Positions 48,166-57,923 of a stretch of DNA of 64,000 nucleotides are shown here, one piece after another (position 1 is the first letter of the stretch; the number at the start of each line of letters is the position of its first letter). The notes beneath the pieces were generated by a model. It was not told where the DNA came from. It did no database searches and saw nothing but the letters and a program-made list of their open reading frames with translations. The stretch is from Spirochaetaceae bacterium (GTDB taxonomy: Bacteria > Spirochaetota > Spirochaetia > Treponematales > Treponemataceae). Both the position numbers and the translations under genes were made by a program. The DNA is taken from NCBI GenBank assembly GCA_017936345.1, contig JAGBFT010000032.1, positions 4,315 through 68,314 on the forward strand. The letters are read 5' to 3'.

Positions 48166-50238
48166 CTAGAAAATAAGGCCGCCCACAAGATTTACTATCA
48201 AGGCTACCAAGTAGGCAGTGAGCATCTGAATGCCAATGGCAGCTCCCGTGGCCTTCCATGTCTTTAACTCTCGTCTCATGGCACCAACGGCTGCAAAACA
48301 AGGCATACACAGCAGGTTAAACACCATGTAGGCATAGGCTGCCTGTGGGGTACGAATATCCTCTTTTACTGTGGGAAGGGCGTTTTCATCGGCTCCTTCA
48401 AAGAGAATTCCCTCAGAATACACTCCAAAGGCTGTGTCATAGTCATAAAGGCCGCCTTCAAAGCCCATTTCTTCCAGTTCTTCCAAAGAGAACTGTCCAA
48501 AATAGTCTTCCAGATACTCAGGGCTCACATCTTCCTCGTACAGCTGGGCAAAGGTAACAACTACCATTTCCTTGGCAATCCATCCTGTAACAACACCTAC
48601 AGCAGGCCGCCAATTTCCAAATCCCAGAGGTTTAAATACAGGGGCAATAACACCGCCAATAGATGACAGGAAGCTGTCATTCATGGAACACATTACAGTT
48701 GGCTCCTCCCCAGCTTCCATGGCTGCGGCACGGTTTGTTCCGTCAAAGGAACCCAGGTTAAAGTTGGACAAAAGCCACAAAATGACAGTGGAAACCAAGA
48801 TTACTGAACCAGCCTTTTCCGCAAAGCCCTTGAGTTTTTCCCCACAATGGATGGCAACACTCTTTAGTGTAGGCAAACGATACTGGGGCAACTCCATTAA
48901 AAAATTGGACGCTGCGGACTTGTACACCACCACGTTCAAAAACAGGGATACCAAAATAGCCGTTACAATACTTACGACATAGATGGAGAACATCACCAAG
49001 GTTTGACTGCTTGCAGCAAAGAAGGTGGCAACAAACATGGCAAAGATGGGCAACTTTGCACCACAGGGCATAAAGGCCGTGATAATGGTAGTAATTTTTC
49101 TATCCTTTTCACTTTCCAGTGTACGGGTTGCCATAATTGCGGGAACACCACAACCAAATCCCATCAACAAGGGGATAAAGGAACGACCGGAAAGACCAAA
49201 CCGACGGAAAATTCTATCCATAACAAAGGCAACACGAGCCATATAACCAGAGTCTTCCAGAAAGGACATGAGTACGTAGAGCACTAAAACTAGGGGTAAG
49301 AATCCAAGGACAGCACCAATTCCCCCAAGGATTCCATCCACCACCAAGCCCATTGCCCAGTCAGCAGCACCTGCAGCCTCAAGTCCACTGGCAACCAATT
49401 CAGTAAGCCAGCCCCAGGCACCTTCTACCAAGCCGGCAATCCAAACGCCGGGGCTTGGCAGGCCGGGAATGAAGAGAAAGTTTTCACTGAAGGTACAGGC
49501 AAAGATCAAATAAACAACTACAGCAAAGATGGGCAGGGCCAACCAACGGTTGGTAAGAACCTTGTCCAACTTGTCTGAAACAGTTTCCGTTCCGATGGTT
49601 TCATCCAGGGGCTTCACTACGAATTTCTGGGAAAGCCCTTCAATAAAGGTGTAGCGAAGATCGGCCCTAATCTCTTCCGGATCACTGTCCTTGCTGGAAG
49701 CTGCCGCAAGTATTTTATCGTATACATCGAGTTTGGCAGGCTTTGCACCGTTTTTGATAGTGGCCGCCACAGCCTCCATCAACTCAGCAATTCCCTTGCC
49801 GCTTCTTGCAACAATTGGAACAACAGCTACACCAAGAGCCTTGGAAAGCCCATCAGCATCAATTTTAATTCCCCGTTTTTCCACCTCATCCATCATGTTC
49901 AAGGCAAGAACAGTGGGAGTACCAGTTTCCATAATCTGCATGGAAAGATAAAGGTTTCTTTCAATGCAGGTAGAATCAAGAATATTTATCACACAGTCAG
50001 GCTTTTCGTTAACAATGTAGTCCCTGGCAATCACCTCTTCTGCAGAATATGGTGAAAGAGAATAGGTTCCAGGAAGGTCAAGAATCTTGTACTGGGAATC
50101 CTTTTTATAGGTTCCCTCCTTTTTATCCACTGTAACACCAGGCCAGTTTCCCACATGCTGCTTAGAGCCAGTAAGCTCATTGAATAGACTGGTTTTTCCA
50201 CAGTTCGGATTTCCGGCAAGAGCAATTGTATACGACAT
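48166..50238 (-). CDS. feoB: Ferrous iron transporter B
   Basis: GNPNCGKT, VGNWPGVTV, DLPG, NMMD, EDSGYMAR, GFGCGVP. Confidence 0.97.
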   Translation of the reverse strand: MSYTIALAGNPNCGKTSLFNELTGSKQHVGNWPGVTVDKKEGTYKKDSQYKILDLPGTYSLSPYSAEEVIARDYIVNEKPDCVINILDSTCIERNLYLSMQIMETGTPTVLALNMMDEVEKRGIKIDADGLSKALGVAVVPIVARSGKGIAELMEAVAATIKNGAKPAKLDVYDKILAAASSKDSDPEEIRADLRYTFIEGLSQKFVVKPLDETIGTETVSDKLDKVLTNRWLALPIFAVVVYLIFACTFSENFLFIPGLPSPGVWIAGLVEGAWGWLTELVASGLEAAGAADWAMGLVVDGILGGIGAVLGFLPLVLVLYVLMSFLEDSGYMARVAFVMDRIFRRFGLSGRSFIPLLMGFGCGVPAIMATRTLESEKDRKITTIITAFMPCGAKLPIFAMFVATFFAASSQTLVMFSIYVVSIVTAILVSLFLNVVVYKSAASNFLMELPQYRLPTLKSVAIHCGEKLKGFAEKAGSVILVSTVILWLLSNFNLGSFDGTNRAAAMEAGEEPTVMCSMNDSFLSSIGGVIAPVFKPLGFGNWRPAVGVVTGWIAKEMVVVTFAQLYEEDVSPEYLEDYFGQFSLEELEEMGFEGGLYDYDTAFGVYSEGILFEGADENALPTVKEDIRTPQAAYAYMVFNLLCMPCFAAVGAMRRELKTWKATGAAIGIQMLTAYLVALIVNLVGGLIF

Positions 50239-50254
50239 AAATTTTCCTCCAAAC

Positions 50255-50272
50255 AGTTAGACAATGCTAACT
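50255..50272. promoter_or_regulatory. Palindromic operator-like site upstream of feoB
   Basis: AGTTAG-N6-CTAACT. Confidence 0.6.
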
Positions 50273-50293
50273 TACAGTTAAAAAAAATAATTC

Positions 50294-50512
50294 TTACTCA
50301 ACCTGAATAGAAGCCGCCTCATCCTTTCTGAGACTCAACTGATATCCACGTAAGGTTACCTCAATAGGATCTCCCAAAGGAGCTATCCTAATCAACTTGA
50401 CAGTGACACCGGTAGTAATTCCCATGTCCATAATACGGCGCTTAAAAGCACCTTCTGCATTAATTGCAACAACCTTACCTATTTGCCCAGGCTGCAATTC
50501 CCGCAAAGTCAT
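50294..50512 (-). CDS. feoA: Ferrous iron transport protein A
   Basis: RRIMDMGIT, APLGDP, LSLRKDEA. Confidence 0.95.
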   Translation of the reverse strand: MTLRELQPGQIGKVVAINAEGAFKRRIMDMGITTGVTVKLIRIAPLGDPIEVTLRGYQLSLRKDEAASIQVE

Positions 50513-50543
50513 TTATTTATCCTCCAAAAATAATGTACCAAAT

Positions 50544-50756
50544 CTATGCAACTAAAATCTTTTGGGCAAGCCCGCGATTCAATGCCAGACGAACTCCCTT
50601 TACCAAGAGGATGATTCCGGCAGAATTTTCTCCCACAACAGTAACCCTTTGACCAGGTACAAAGCCCAACTCTATCAAGTGCTGCTTCATTTCTCCGGCA
50701 CCAACCAAAGAGGTTACACTTCGTGTCTCACCTTTCAAAACCATTGCCAAGGGCAT
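50544..50756 (-). CDS. feoA: FeoA family protein
   Basis: MPL, HLIELGFVPG, RLALNRGLAQKI. Confidence 0.9.
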   Translation of the reverse strand: MPLAMVLKGETRSVTSLVGAGEMKQHLIELGFVPGQRVTVVGENSAGIILLVKGVRLALNRGLAQKILVA

Positions 50757-50767
50757 ACATACCTCCT

Positions 50768-50819
50768 GTTAGAATTCTCTAACTAAAGTTAGCATAACGT
50801 AACTAATTGAAATTGTCAA
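50768..50819 (-). promoter_or_regulatory. sigma70 promoter of feoAAB overlapped by DtxR-family-like operator palindromes
   Basis: TTGACA (50819-50814)-17-TATGCT (50796-50791); GTTAG-N6-CTAAC at 50768-50783; TAAAGTTAGCATAACGTAA at 50784-50802. Confidence 0.7.
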
Positions 50820-50967
50820 GTTAATTTAGGGTAACAATATAAAAAAATATCAATATTTTTTTACATTTAAAAAAATATCGCTTTAAAAACTCAAATTTTA
50901 CAGGAAATTATAGTTTATCCCAGCAATTTTCCCTGAAACCAGAAATTGGTTCAAACAGGATTTTCCC

Positions 50968-51708
50968 TCACCCAACAAGCAAATCCTTTGCCACTACAAA
51001 AATCCCAGAAAGTACCAGGGCTGGCAGATAGTCAGCTGTTTTAATCCTTGCTATACCAATGAGATTCAAGCCAATCATAATGATAAGGACACCACCGGCA
51101 GCTCCAAGCTCCGCCAAAAGAATATCGTTGACATAGGGTGCAACCAAGGCTGCCAACAAGGTCAAGCCTCCTTGATACACCAAGACCGACAGGGCGGAAA
51201 AGGCTGAACCAATACCCAGGGCAGCGGCAAAAACTATGGCCATAAATCCATCCAACACAGACTTAGTGAAGATTATGGTATAATCCCCATCTATGCCAGC
51301 CTTGAGAGAACCGAGGATAGCCATGGCTCCCACACAAAAAAGCACAGAGGAATTTAAAAACCCATAGGCAAAATTACTGGCCCCCGTTTCATCCCCATCT
51401 CCTTCCGTGGCTGCCGTCTTGCTGGTAGCAGATTTTCGTAACACCAATCTCCCCAAGGCATCTCCGACCATAAGAATTCTACCGTCAATATCCATCCAGG
51501 AACCAATGATTCCACCAGTGATAATTGCCATAGCCAAAAAGATAATGTTATCGTAGGCCAGAGCCATTTCCATGCCGATAACAACCGTTACAACTCCAGC
51601 TCCAGTCTGCACAACCTTAGACAGGTTATCGCTAATTTTCTTTGAAAAAACAACCCCAATAAGGGAGCCAATGATTATAGCAATGCAGTTGACAAGGACA
51701 GCTAACAT
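50968..51708 (-). CDS. DUF554 family membrane protein
   Basis: GF..SSVLFCVGAMAILGS, KSVLDG, VYQGG. Confidence 0.88.
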   Translation of the reverse strand: MLAVLVNCIAIIIGSLIGVVFSKKISDNLSKVVQTGAGVVTVVIGMEMALAYDNIIFLAMAIITGGIIGSWMDIDGRILMVGDALGRLVLRKSATSKTAATEGDGDETGASNFAYGFLNSSVLFCVGAMAILGSLKAGIDGDYTIIFTKSVLDGFMAIVFAAALGIGSAFSALSVLVYQGGLTLLAALVAPYVNDILLAELGAAGGVLIIMIGLNLIGIARIKTADYLPALVLSGIFVVAKDLLVG

Positions 51709-52892
51709 ATTTTCTTCCTGACAAAGAAATAAAATAAAACTCCTAGCAAGGGGAAAATTGAAAACGAAATAAATACAGGGGGATAGCCAAAGGAGTCAAT
51801 CATCCATCCACCAAGGCTATTTCCCATTACACTGGCAAGTCCAATGGCAAAGATAGAATAGAGACTCATACTTATCATAAGCTTTCCCTTGGGAGCATAC
51901 TGGGAAACAAAAACCACTGCCGCAGGATGATATAGTCCGTAAGTGATGGAATTCAGCAACTGTCCCAACACAGCCCCCGCCATATTTGGGAAAATTATAT
52001 AGAGCAACAAGCGAACTGTTACCATGGCAGTACAAAAAACAAGGATTTTAAGGGAACCATAGCGACGCAAAAACCTTCCAGAAAAGAACATAAAAGGAAT
52101 TTCTGAACCAGCCGAGATAGCACTCAGAGCACCCGTAGCGTCGGAATGAAGGAACTCCATCATGTACAGGGCAAACATCTTGGTGGCAGGTGTCAATCCA
52201 AAAAAACCAAGGAAGAGCAGCAACAAGCCAAGCCAAAATGCTGGTGGAAATTCGGCCACCAGCTCTCTTAATGTTTCTTTTTTAGGAGCGGCTGTATTTT
52301 GCAAGTCTGCCGGAGAAACCTCACTGGAAGAAGGAGCAATAACCAAAGATTTTTTTTCGTAGGAAGAAAAAATACCAGGAACAAGAAATAAGGAAAGGGT
52401 AAACAGTCCTGCAGCCAGAACCATCCCAATCATGTATTGCCCTGCAGTTCCAGCAGGAACAAACTTTTGCAGGAGCAGGGTCATAATAACATAGCCAACA
52501 GAGCCTGCTACCCGAACCTTGCCGTAATCATTGCACCTGTCACCCAAAACCTTGTTGGTCAAGGAATCAGAAAGAGGGACAGCACCCTTATATCCCAAGG
52601 AATAGAGGGATAAAAAAACAGCAGTGGCCCCAAACCCAAGGAATTTTACCATTGGAAGTGGAATTGCCACCATGAGAAGCCCCATAAAAACAAGGGGCAA
52701 TCCATATTTCCCGCTTCTTTCAATAGCGGGGCTAATGATAAGGGGCAGAACAACTCCTGCACCCTCAAAAATCCCAAGGAGAAACCCCACCTGGGTGGCT
52801 GTGTACCCCATTCCCGTCAAGACAACCGGAAGATATACAGCAACAACACCATATATAGCAAAGAGAAAAAATAATGGCAGTGCTAAAACCAT
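51702..52892 (-). CDS. MFS transporter
   Basis: About 12 TM segments; YGKVRVAGSVGY, SEIPF. Confidence 0.88.
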   Translation of the reverse strand: MVLALPLFFLFAIYGVVAVYLPVVLTGMGYTATQVGFLLGIFEGAGVVLPLIISPAIERSGKYGLPLVFMGLLMVAIPLPMVKFLGFGATAVFLSLYSLGYKGAVPLSDSLTNKVLGDRCNDYGKVRVAGSVGYVIMTLLLQKFVPAGTAGQYMIGMVLAAGLFTLSLFLVPGIFSSYEKKSLVIAPSSSEVSPADLQNTAAPKKETLRELVAEFPPAFWLGLLLLFLGFFGLTPATKMFALYMMEFLHSDATGALSAISAGSEIPFMFFSGRFLRRYGSLKILVFCTAMVTVRLLLYIIFPNMAGAVLGQLLNSITYGLYHPAAVVFVSQYAPKGKLMISMSLYSIFAIGLASVMGNSLGGWMIDSFGYPPVFISFSIFPLLGVLFYFFVRKKIC

Positions 52893-52895
52893 AAT

Positions 52896-53390
52896 TTATT
52901 CCAGAACTTGAGAACCTCTACCCATAGCAGTAAGACCAGTACGTACCAATTCTTTGATACCGTAGGGTTCAAGCAAACGAATCAAGCTAGCAACCTTGTC
53001 TTCGCTACCTGTCACTTCAATTACAACAGATTCTACACCAACATCCACAATTCGGGCTCGGAAAATATTGGCAGTTTGAATAACCCCCGCACGATGGGAT
53101 TCATCGGCCCCCACCTTGATGAGAGCCATTTCCCGCACTACAGTTTCAGAGGCCAGGCAATGCTGAATGGAAATAACCTCCACCAACTTTGCCAGCTGCT
53201 TTGTAATTTGGTCCAGAATATACTCGTCGCCACTTACCACAATGGTCATACGGGACTGACCGGGATTGTAGGTCTCACCAACGGTAAGGCTGTCGATATT
53301 ATAGCCTCGACGACTAAAAAGCCCTGAAACACGGCTCAAAACACCGGCATGGTTTTCCACCAGAACAGAAAGCACATATCGCTCCATCAC
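52896..53390 (-). CDS. ilvN: Acetolactate synthase small (regulatory) subunit
   Basis: LSVLVENHAGVLSRVSGLFSRRGYNIDSL, QITKQLAKL, ELVRTG. Confidence 0.95.
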   Translation of the reverse strand: MMERYVLSVLVENHAGVLSRVSGLFSRRGYNIDSLTVGETYNPGQSRMTIVVSGDEYILDQITKQLAKLVEVISIQHCLASETVVREMALIKVGADESHRAGVIQTANIFRARIVDVGVESVVIEVTGSEDKVASLIRLLEPYGIKELVRTGLTAMGRGSQVLE

Positions 53391-55360
53391 ACACTCCTTT
53401 CCTTGTATACACCAAGCAACCGAACCTCATCGGCCTTGGCTCCAAGAGCAGAAATTGCATCTTCCAGTACAGATTTGCCATCCTCCGGCAACTGTAGGTC
53501 TACATAGAACATATACCGCCAAGGCTCACCCATAATTGGACGGGATTCCAAACGGGTCATGTTTAAAGATTTTTCGTGGAACACACCAAGACATTCATAC
53601 AGGGCACCGCTCTTATTCTTTGCAATAAAGACAAGGGAAGCCTTGGCAACTTCGTTGGTGGCGGCACAACAAGAGGGTCCACATACTGTTGGATTGTAAA
53701 CATCTTCCACTGCAGCACGATGTTTTTCTCCATCCTTTTGGGTAATTACCACAAAGCGGGTGTAGTTTCGAGGATTCAACTCAATACCAGTGGCCAACAC
53801 CTCAAGATTGTAGTAATCTGCCGCCACATTGGAAGCTATAGCTCCGTTTTCCACAGAGGCTTCCTTTGCAACAAACTCAGCGGCGGTGGCAGTGGAGGCG
53901 GAATCCACGTGAATCCACTGGGGATACCTATCCAGAAAGTCCTTGCACTGGGGGAACCCATGAGGATGAGAATACACCCTTTTGATGGAATCCAGGGTAG
54001 CACCCCTTACCCCCAGCAGGGCGTGCTCAATCCGTAGTGTATAGGCACCACAAATACTGACATCATCGAAACGGAAAAGATTGTCGTAGTTGTCGTACAC
54101 AGAACCCGCCAAGCTGTTTTCCAAAGGAATCATTCCATAGTCAGCACGCCCCTCAGCCACCGCTTGGAACACATCCCGGAAGGAGTCAAAGCCAACAGCC
54201 TCCACCTCATCAAAATACAGGTTGATTGCCTGCTCCGCATAGGCTCCATGGTTGCCAGAATAGGCACAAGTCATCTTGTCACCATTTGTTTCAGAGGGAG
54301 TGGCAGTCTTGGCCTTAACCAGGGGACGAACTCGAGTAACCTCCTTGCCTACAACGGGTGCCAAAACATCAATATCACGCATCAATTTTTCAAACTGCTC
54401 GGGATACATGGTTTGAGCCGCATCAGACACAGCCTTTTCTGGCTGGCAGTGGACCTCCACAATAATTCCGTCAGCTCCAGAGGCAATGGCAGCCAATCCC
54501 ATGGGCGGAACCTTGTCTCGCAAGCCAACCGCATGGCTTGGGTCAATGATAATGGGCAGGTGGGTTAAAGAACGTAAAACTGGAACGGCAGAAATATCCA
54601 AAGTATTTCTAGTAGCCTTTTCGTAGGTACGGATTCCCCGCTCGCAAAGGATTACATCATCAGTACCAGAGGACAAAAGATACTCTGCAGCCATGAGCCA
54701 CTCTTCAATCGTGGCGGAAAGCCCACGTTTCAAGATAACAGGTTTTCCTAGGGCTCCCACCTTTTTCAATAGCTCAAAGTTCTGCATATTTCGGGCGCCA
54801 ATCTGGTACACGTCTACATAATCCCTCATCACCGGGATATGCTCCGCAGAGACAATTTCTGTCACAATAGGCAAACCATAGGCATCACCAGCCTGGCGAA
54901 GAATCTTAACACCTTCTTCTCCCAAACCTTGGAAGGCATAGGGACTAGTGCGAGGCTTAAAGGCTCCACCACGAAGCATGGCAGCACCAGCAGCAGAAAC
55001 ACGGGCCGCAACAGACATCATCTGGTCAAGGCTCTCCACCGCACAAGGCCCTGCGATGGACAGCACCTTGTTTCCGCCGATACGGATTGTCTGACCACGA
55101 TTATTCTTGACCTCCACCACCGTGTTTTCCTTTTTGTACTCACGGCTGGCCATTTTATAAGGCTTGGAAATGGGAATCACCCGTTCTACCCCGGGAAGAA
55201 TCTCCACCTCCCTGGGGTCAATGGAAAGCTTTCCCACGGCACCAAAGATGGTGTCCTCCTCACCAGCAATCTCATTGACCTTAAAATTGTTCCGAATGAG
55301 AAAGCTCTTTAAATCCTGCTTGTCCTTTTCTGGAATACCCTTTTGTAAAACTATAACCAT
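53387..55360 (-). CDS. aroF-pheA: Fusion: type I-beta DAHP synthase plus prephenate dehydratase-ACT
   Basis: IAGPC, KPRTSPY, GARNMQN, ERGIR, DPSH; then GAYAEQA, PLENS, SHP, NYTRF, LESRP; start at ATG 55360 with SD. Confidence 0.9.
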   Translation of the reverse strand: MVIVLQKGIPEKDKQDLKSFLIRNNFKVNEIAGEEDTIFGAVGKLSIDPREVEILPGVERVIPISKPYKMASREYKKENTVVEVKNNRGQTIRIGGNKVLSIAGPCAVESLDQMMSVAARVSAAGAAMLRGGAFKPRTSPYAFQGLGEEGVKILRQAGDAYGLPIVTEIVSAEHIPVMRDYVDVYQIGARNMQNFELLKKVGALGKPVILKRGLSATIEEWLMAAEYLLSSGTDDVILCERGIRTYEKATRNTLDISAVPVLRSLTHLPIIIDPSHAVGLRDKVPPMGLAAIASGADGIIVEVHCQPEKAVSDAAQTMYPEQFEKLMRDIDVLAPVVGKEVTRVRPLVKAKTATPSETNGDKMTCAYSGNHGAYAEQAINLYFDEVEAVGFDSFRDVFQAVAEGRADYGMIPLENSLAGSVYDNYDNLFRFDDVSICGAYTLRIEHALLGVRGATLDSIKRVYSHPHGFPQCKDFLDRYPQWIHVDSASTATAAEFVAKEASVENGAIASNVAADYYNLEVLATGIELNPRNYTRFVVITQKDGEKHRAAVEDVYNPTVCGPSCCAATNEVAKASLVFIAKNKSGALYECLGVFHEKSLNMTRLESRPIMGEPWRYMFYVDLQLPEDGKSVLEDAISALGAKADEVRLLGVYKERSV

Positions 55361-55379
55361 ATTTTTTTCCTCATGTTGA

Positions 55380-57893
55380 CTACATTTCTGGATTCCAGGA
55401 AACAGTGCGAAGAATGTCCGCAAAAACACCCGCCGCTGTTACCCCGGCTCCTGCTCCATACCCCATGATGGACAGGGGAATGGGATTGTACCGCTGGGTA
55501 TGGAACACAAAGGCGTTCTCCCCGCCCTTCACTGTGTACAATGGATGGTCAGCATCAACCTCCATCATTCCCACACTACATTTTCCTTCCTTGATGGAAG
55601 CTGCCATACGAAGAACCTTGCCCTCTGCCTTCAACCGGCTCATCAATTCCGAGAAGTAATCATCCACCTTGGGCAGGTTGGACAGGAATTCATCCACAGA
55701 GCCTGAATCGTCAAAATCCTCCGGAAACACCTTGTGAATGACAATGTCTTCCATTTCAACTGCCATTCCAGACTCACGGGCAATAATAAGAGCCTTGCGA
55801 GCCACATCAAGACCAGCCAGGTCATCACGGGGATCCGGTTCTGTGTATCGTTTTTCCCGGGCTTCCAGCACAGCCTGGCTAAAGGTAGCCCCCTCATCCA
55901 GTCGGCCAAAGATGTAAGACAGGGAGCCGGACATAATTCCGTTGAAGCCCTTCAGCCTGTCACCACTGGCAAAGAGGTTCTGAAGGGTGTCAATAATGGG
56001 CAGCCCCGCACCTACGTTTGTCTCATATAAGAACAGACGACGCATCCTATTGGCTGTACGGCGCAGCTTGTTGTAATAATCCATGGACATGGAATTTGCC
56101 CGTTTGTTAGGAGTGGCAATATGCATTCCTGCCTCAAGAATATCGATGTACCGCTCAGGCAAATCGTAGCTGGCGGTGCAGTCCACAAAGACGGGATTCA
56201 GGGGCTTTGTCTGGCGAACATATTCCAAGATGGCCTCCAACGAGGTGGGCTGTCCCCTTGAAGAAACCATATCCCGCCAATTCGTCAGATCCAATCCTTT
56301 GGAGTTGATGTCAGCGGGAGCCACCAGCATCTTGTCCATGGTGGCAATGGCCATGACACGAATGTCAATGCGCTGGGAAAGAAGCTCCTGCTGCTGCTCG
56401 CAAATCTGGTCCAACAGGCATCCCCCGATAGTACCGGCACCAAAGGCGAACACCTCAATGGTCTGGGCCGTGTTGAAGAAGAATCTATGGGCAATACGAA
56501 CGGCAGTATCTCCATCCCTTCCGGAAATAACAACACTGATTGAACGCTCAGAAGAACCCTGTGCAATGGCAAGGATATTGATATCCTGAGAAGCCAAGGA
56601 ATTAAAGAAGGTGCCCGCAACTCCCCTCTTCTCCTTCATGCCGTCTCCAACAATGGAAACAATGGCACAATTTTCCTGCACCTCGATTACGTTCAACAGC
56701 CGTTCCCGCAACTCCAGCTCAAATTCAGCGGAAAGAATGTCCATTACCAGATGGGCCTGGGACTGGCGTACACAGAAGGTAATGGTGTACTCGGAGCTTG
56801 ACTGGGTAATCAAGAGGATTGAAACACCACCACGACTAACCGCGGCAAAGATTCGTGCCGCCATACCGCTGCGTCCCTTCATGCTTGAACCAGAGACACT
56901 AACCATGGCCGTATTCTTCAGGCAGGAAATACCCCGCACAGGTCCCACAGTCTCCGAGGAGCTGAAGGGGCCTTGGGCAATTCTTGTACCACGGGCAGAA
57001 GGATTGTGGCTATTGAGACTCCAAGCCTCAATTCCCTTGGAAGCCAAGGGCGCAAGGGTTTTTGGGTGCAATACCTTGGAACCAAAAAAGGAGAGCTCCA
57101 TGGCTTCTTCGTAGGTCATATTCTCCACTAAAATTGCATCCGGAACAATGCGGGGGTCGGCAGTAAAGATACCGTCCACATCAGTCCAGAACTCCACCCT
57201 CTTTGCACCCAGGGAAGCGCCCACAATGGCGGCGGAAAAATCCGAGCCATTACGCCCTAACAGACCGGGAACGGACTTTGTATCCTGAAACTTTGAGCGC
57301 CAAGAACAGATAAATCCGGGGAACAATAATATCCTTGTGGAACGATGGGATTCACCGTCACGGTAGGGGGCAAAGGCTTGGGTAGTGCGGCCATAGTCCA
57401 AGTCCCCTTCCTTCTGGTTGCCTGTGGTAAAGATAAAGTTTCTGGAATCAAGGAAGTCCACCTTCTGTCCCCTCGCCACCAAAACAGACTCAACGATGGG
57501 AACACAGAGCAACTCTCCACATCCCATAATTCTACAGTGAACGGAATCAGGGCATTCTCCAAAGGCAGAGACCGCTTCCAACAGACGCTTGTACTCAGCA
57601 AGGAGAGGCTCCAAACGTTGCATAACATTTTGTGGAATGAAGGAAGGCAGCTGTGTAGCAATTTCTACACAAATATCGTGATGAATTCTCCGTATATTTT
57701 CCACAAAGGGACCAGCAGGAGAACCTGCCGTGCAGCCATCAATGCTTTCCTGCAGCTTGTTGGAGACACCAGCCACTGCAGAAACAACAACACTAATGCG
57801 GTCTGTCTCCGAGCGGGAAACCATAATGTCCGTTGAATCAAGGATTCTTCGGGCACTTCCCATGGAGGTGCCGCCAAATTTTAGGGTCAACAT
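55380..57893 (-). CDS. thrA: Bifunctional aspartate kinase / homoserine dehydrogenase
   Basis: KFGGTS, GRNGSD, TDVDG, two ACT domains, GAGTIG, ETNVGAGLP, EPDPRDDL. Confidence 0.96.
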   Translation of the reverse strand: MLTLKFGGTSMGSARRILDSTDIMVSRSETDRISVVVSAVAGVSNKLQESIDGCTAGSPAGPFVENIRRIHHDICVEIATQLPSFIPQNVMQRLEPLLAEYKRLLEAVSAFGECPDSVHCRIMGCGELLCVPIVESVLVARGQKVDFLDSRNFIFTTGNQKEGDLDYGRTTQAFAPYRDGESHRSTRILLFPGFICSWRSKFQDTKSVPGLLGRNGSDFSAAIVGASLGAKRVEFWTDVDGIFTADPRIVPDAILVENMTYEEAMELSFFGSKVLHPKTLAPLASKGIEAWSLNSHNPSARGTRIAQGPFSSSETVGPVRGISCLKNTAMVSVSGSSMKGRSGMAARIFAAVSRGGVSILLITQSSSEYTITFCVRQSQAHLVMDILSAEFELELRERLLNVIEVQENCAIVSIVGDGMKEKRGVAGTFFNSLASQDINILAIAQGSSERSISVVISGRDGDTAVRIAHRFFFNTAQTIEVFAFGAGTIGGCLLDQICEQQQELLSQRIDIRVMAIATMDKMLVAPADINSKGLDLTNWRDMVSSRGQPTSLEAILEYVRQTKPLNPVFVDCTASYDLPERYIDILEAGMHIATPNKRANSMSMDYYNKLRRTANRMRRLFLYETNVGAGLPIIDTLQNLFASGDRLKGFNGIMSGSLSYIFGRLDEGATFSQAVLEAREKRYTEPDPRDDLAGLDVARKALIIARESGMAVEMEDIVIHKVFPEDFDDSGSVDEFLSNLPKVDDYFSELMSRLKAEGKVLRMAASIKEGKCSVGMMEVDADHPLYTVKGGENAFVFHTQRYNPIPLSIMGYGAGAGVTAAGVFADILRTVSWNPEM

Positions 57894-57923
57894 AAAAACC
57901 TCTCAAACTGAAGGATAAAAAAC

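Noticed and set aside
47963-50756. Iron regulation of the toxin operon by read-through from feoAAB
   Set aside because: 203-bp gap containing a hairpin (48140-48159) and no GTTAG-N6-CTAAC site; only adjacency supports it
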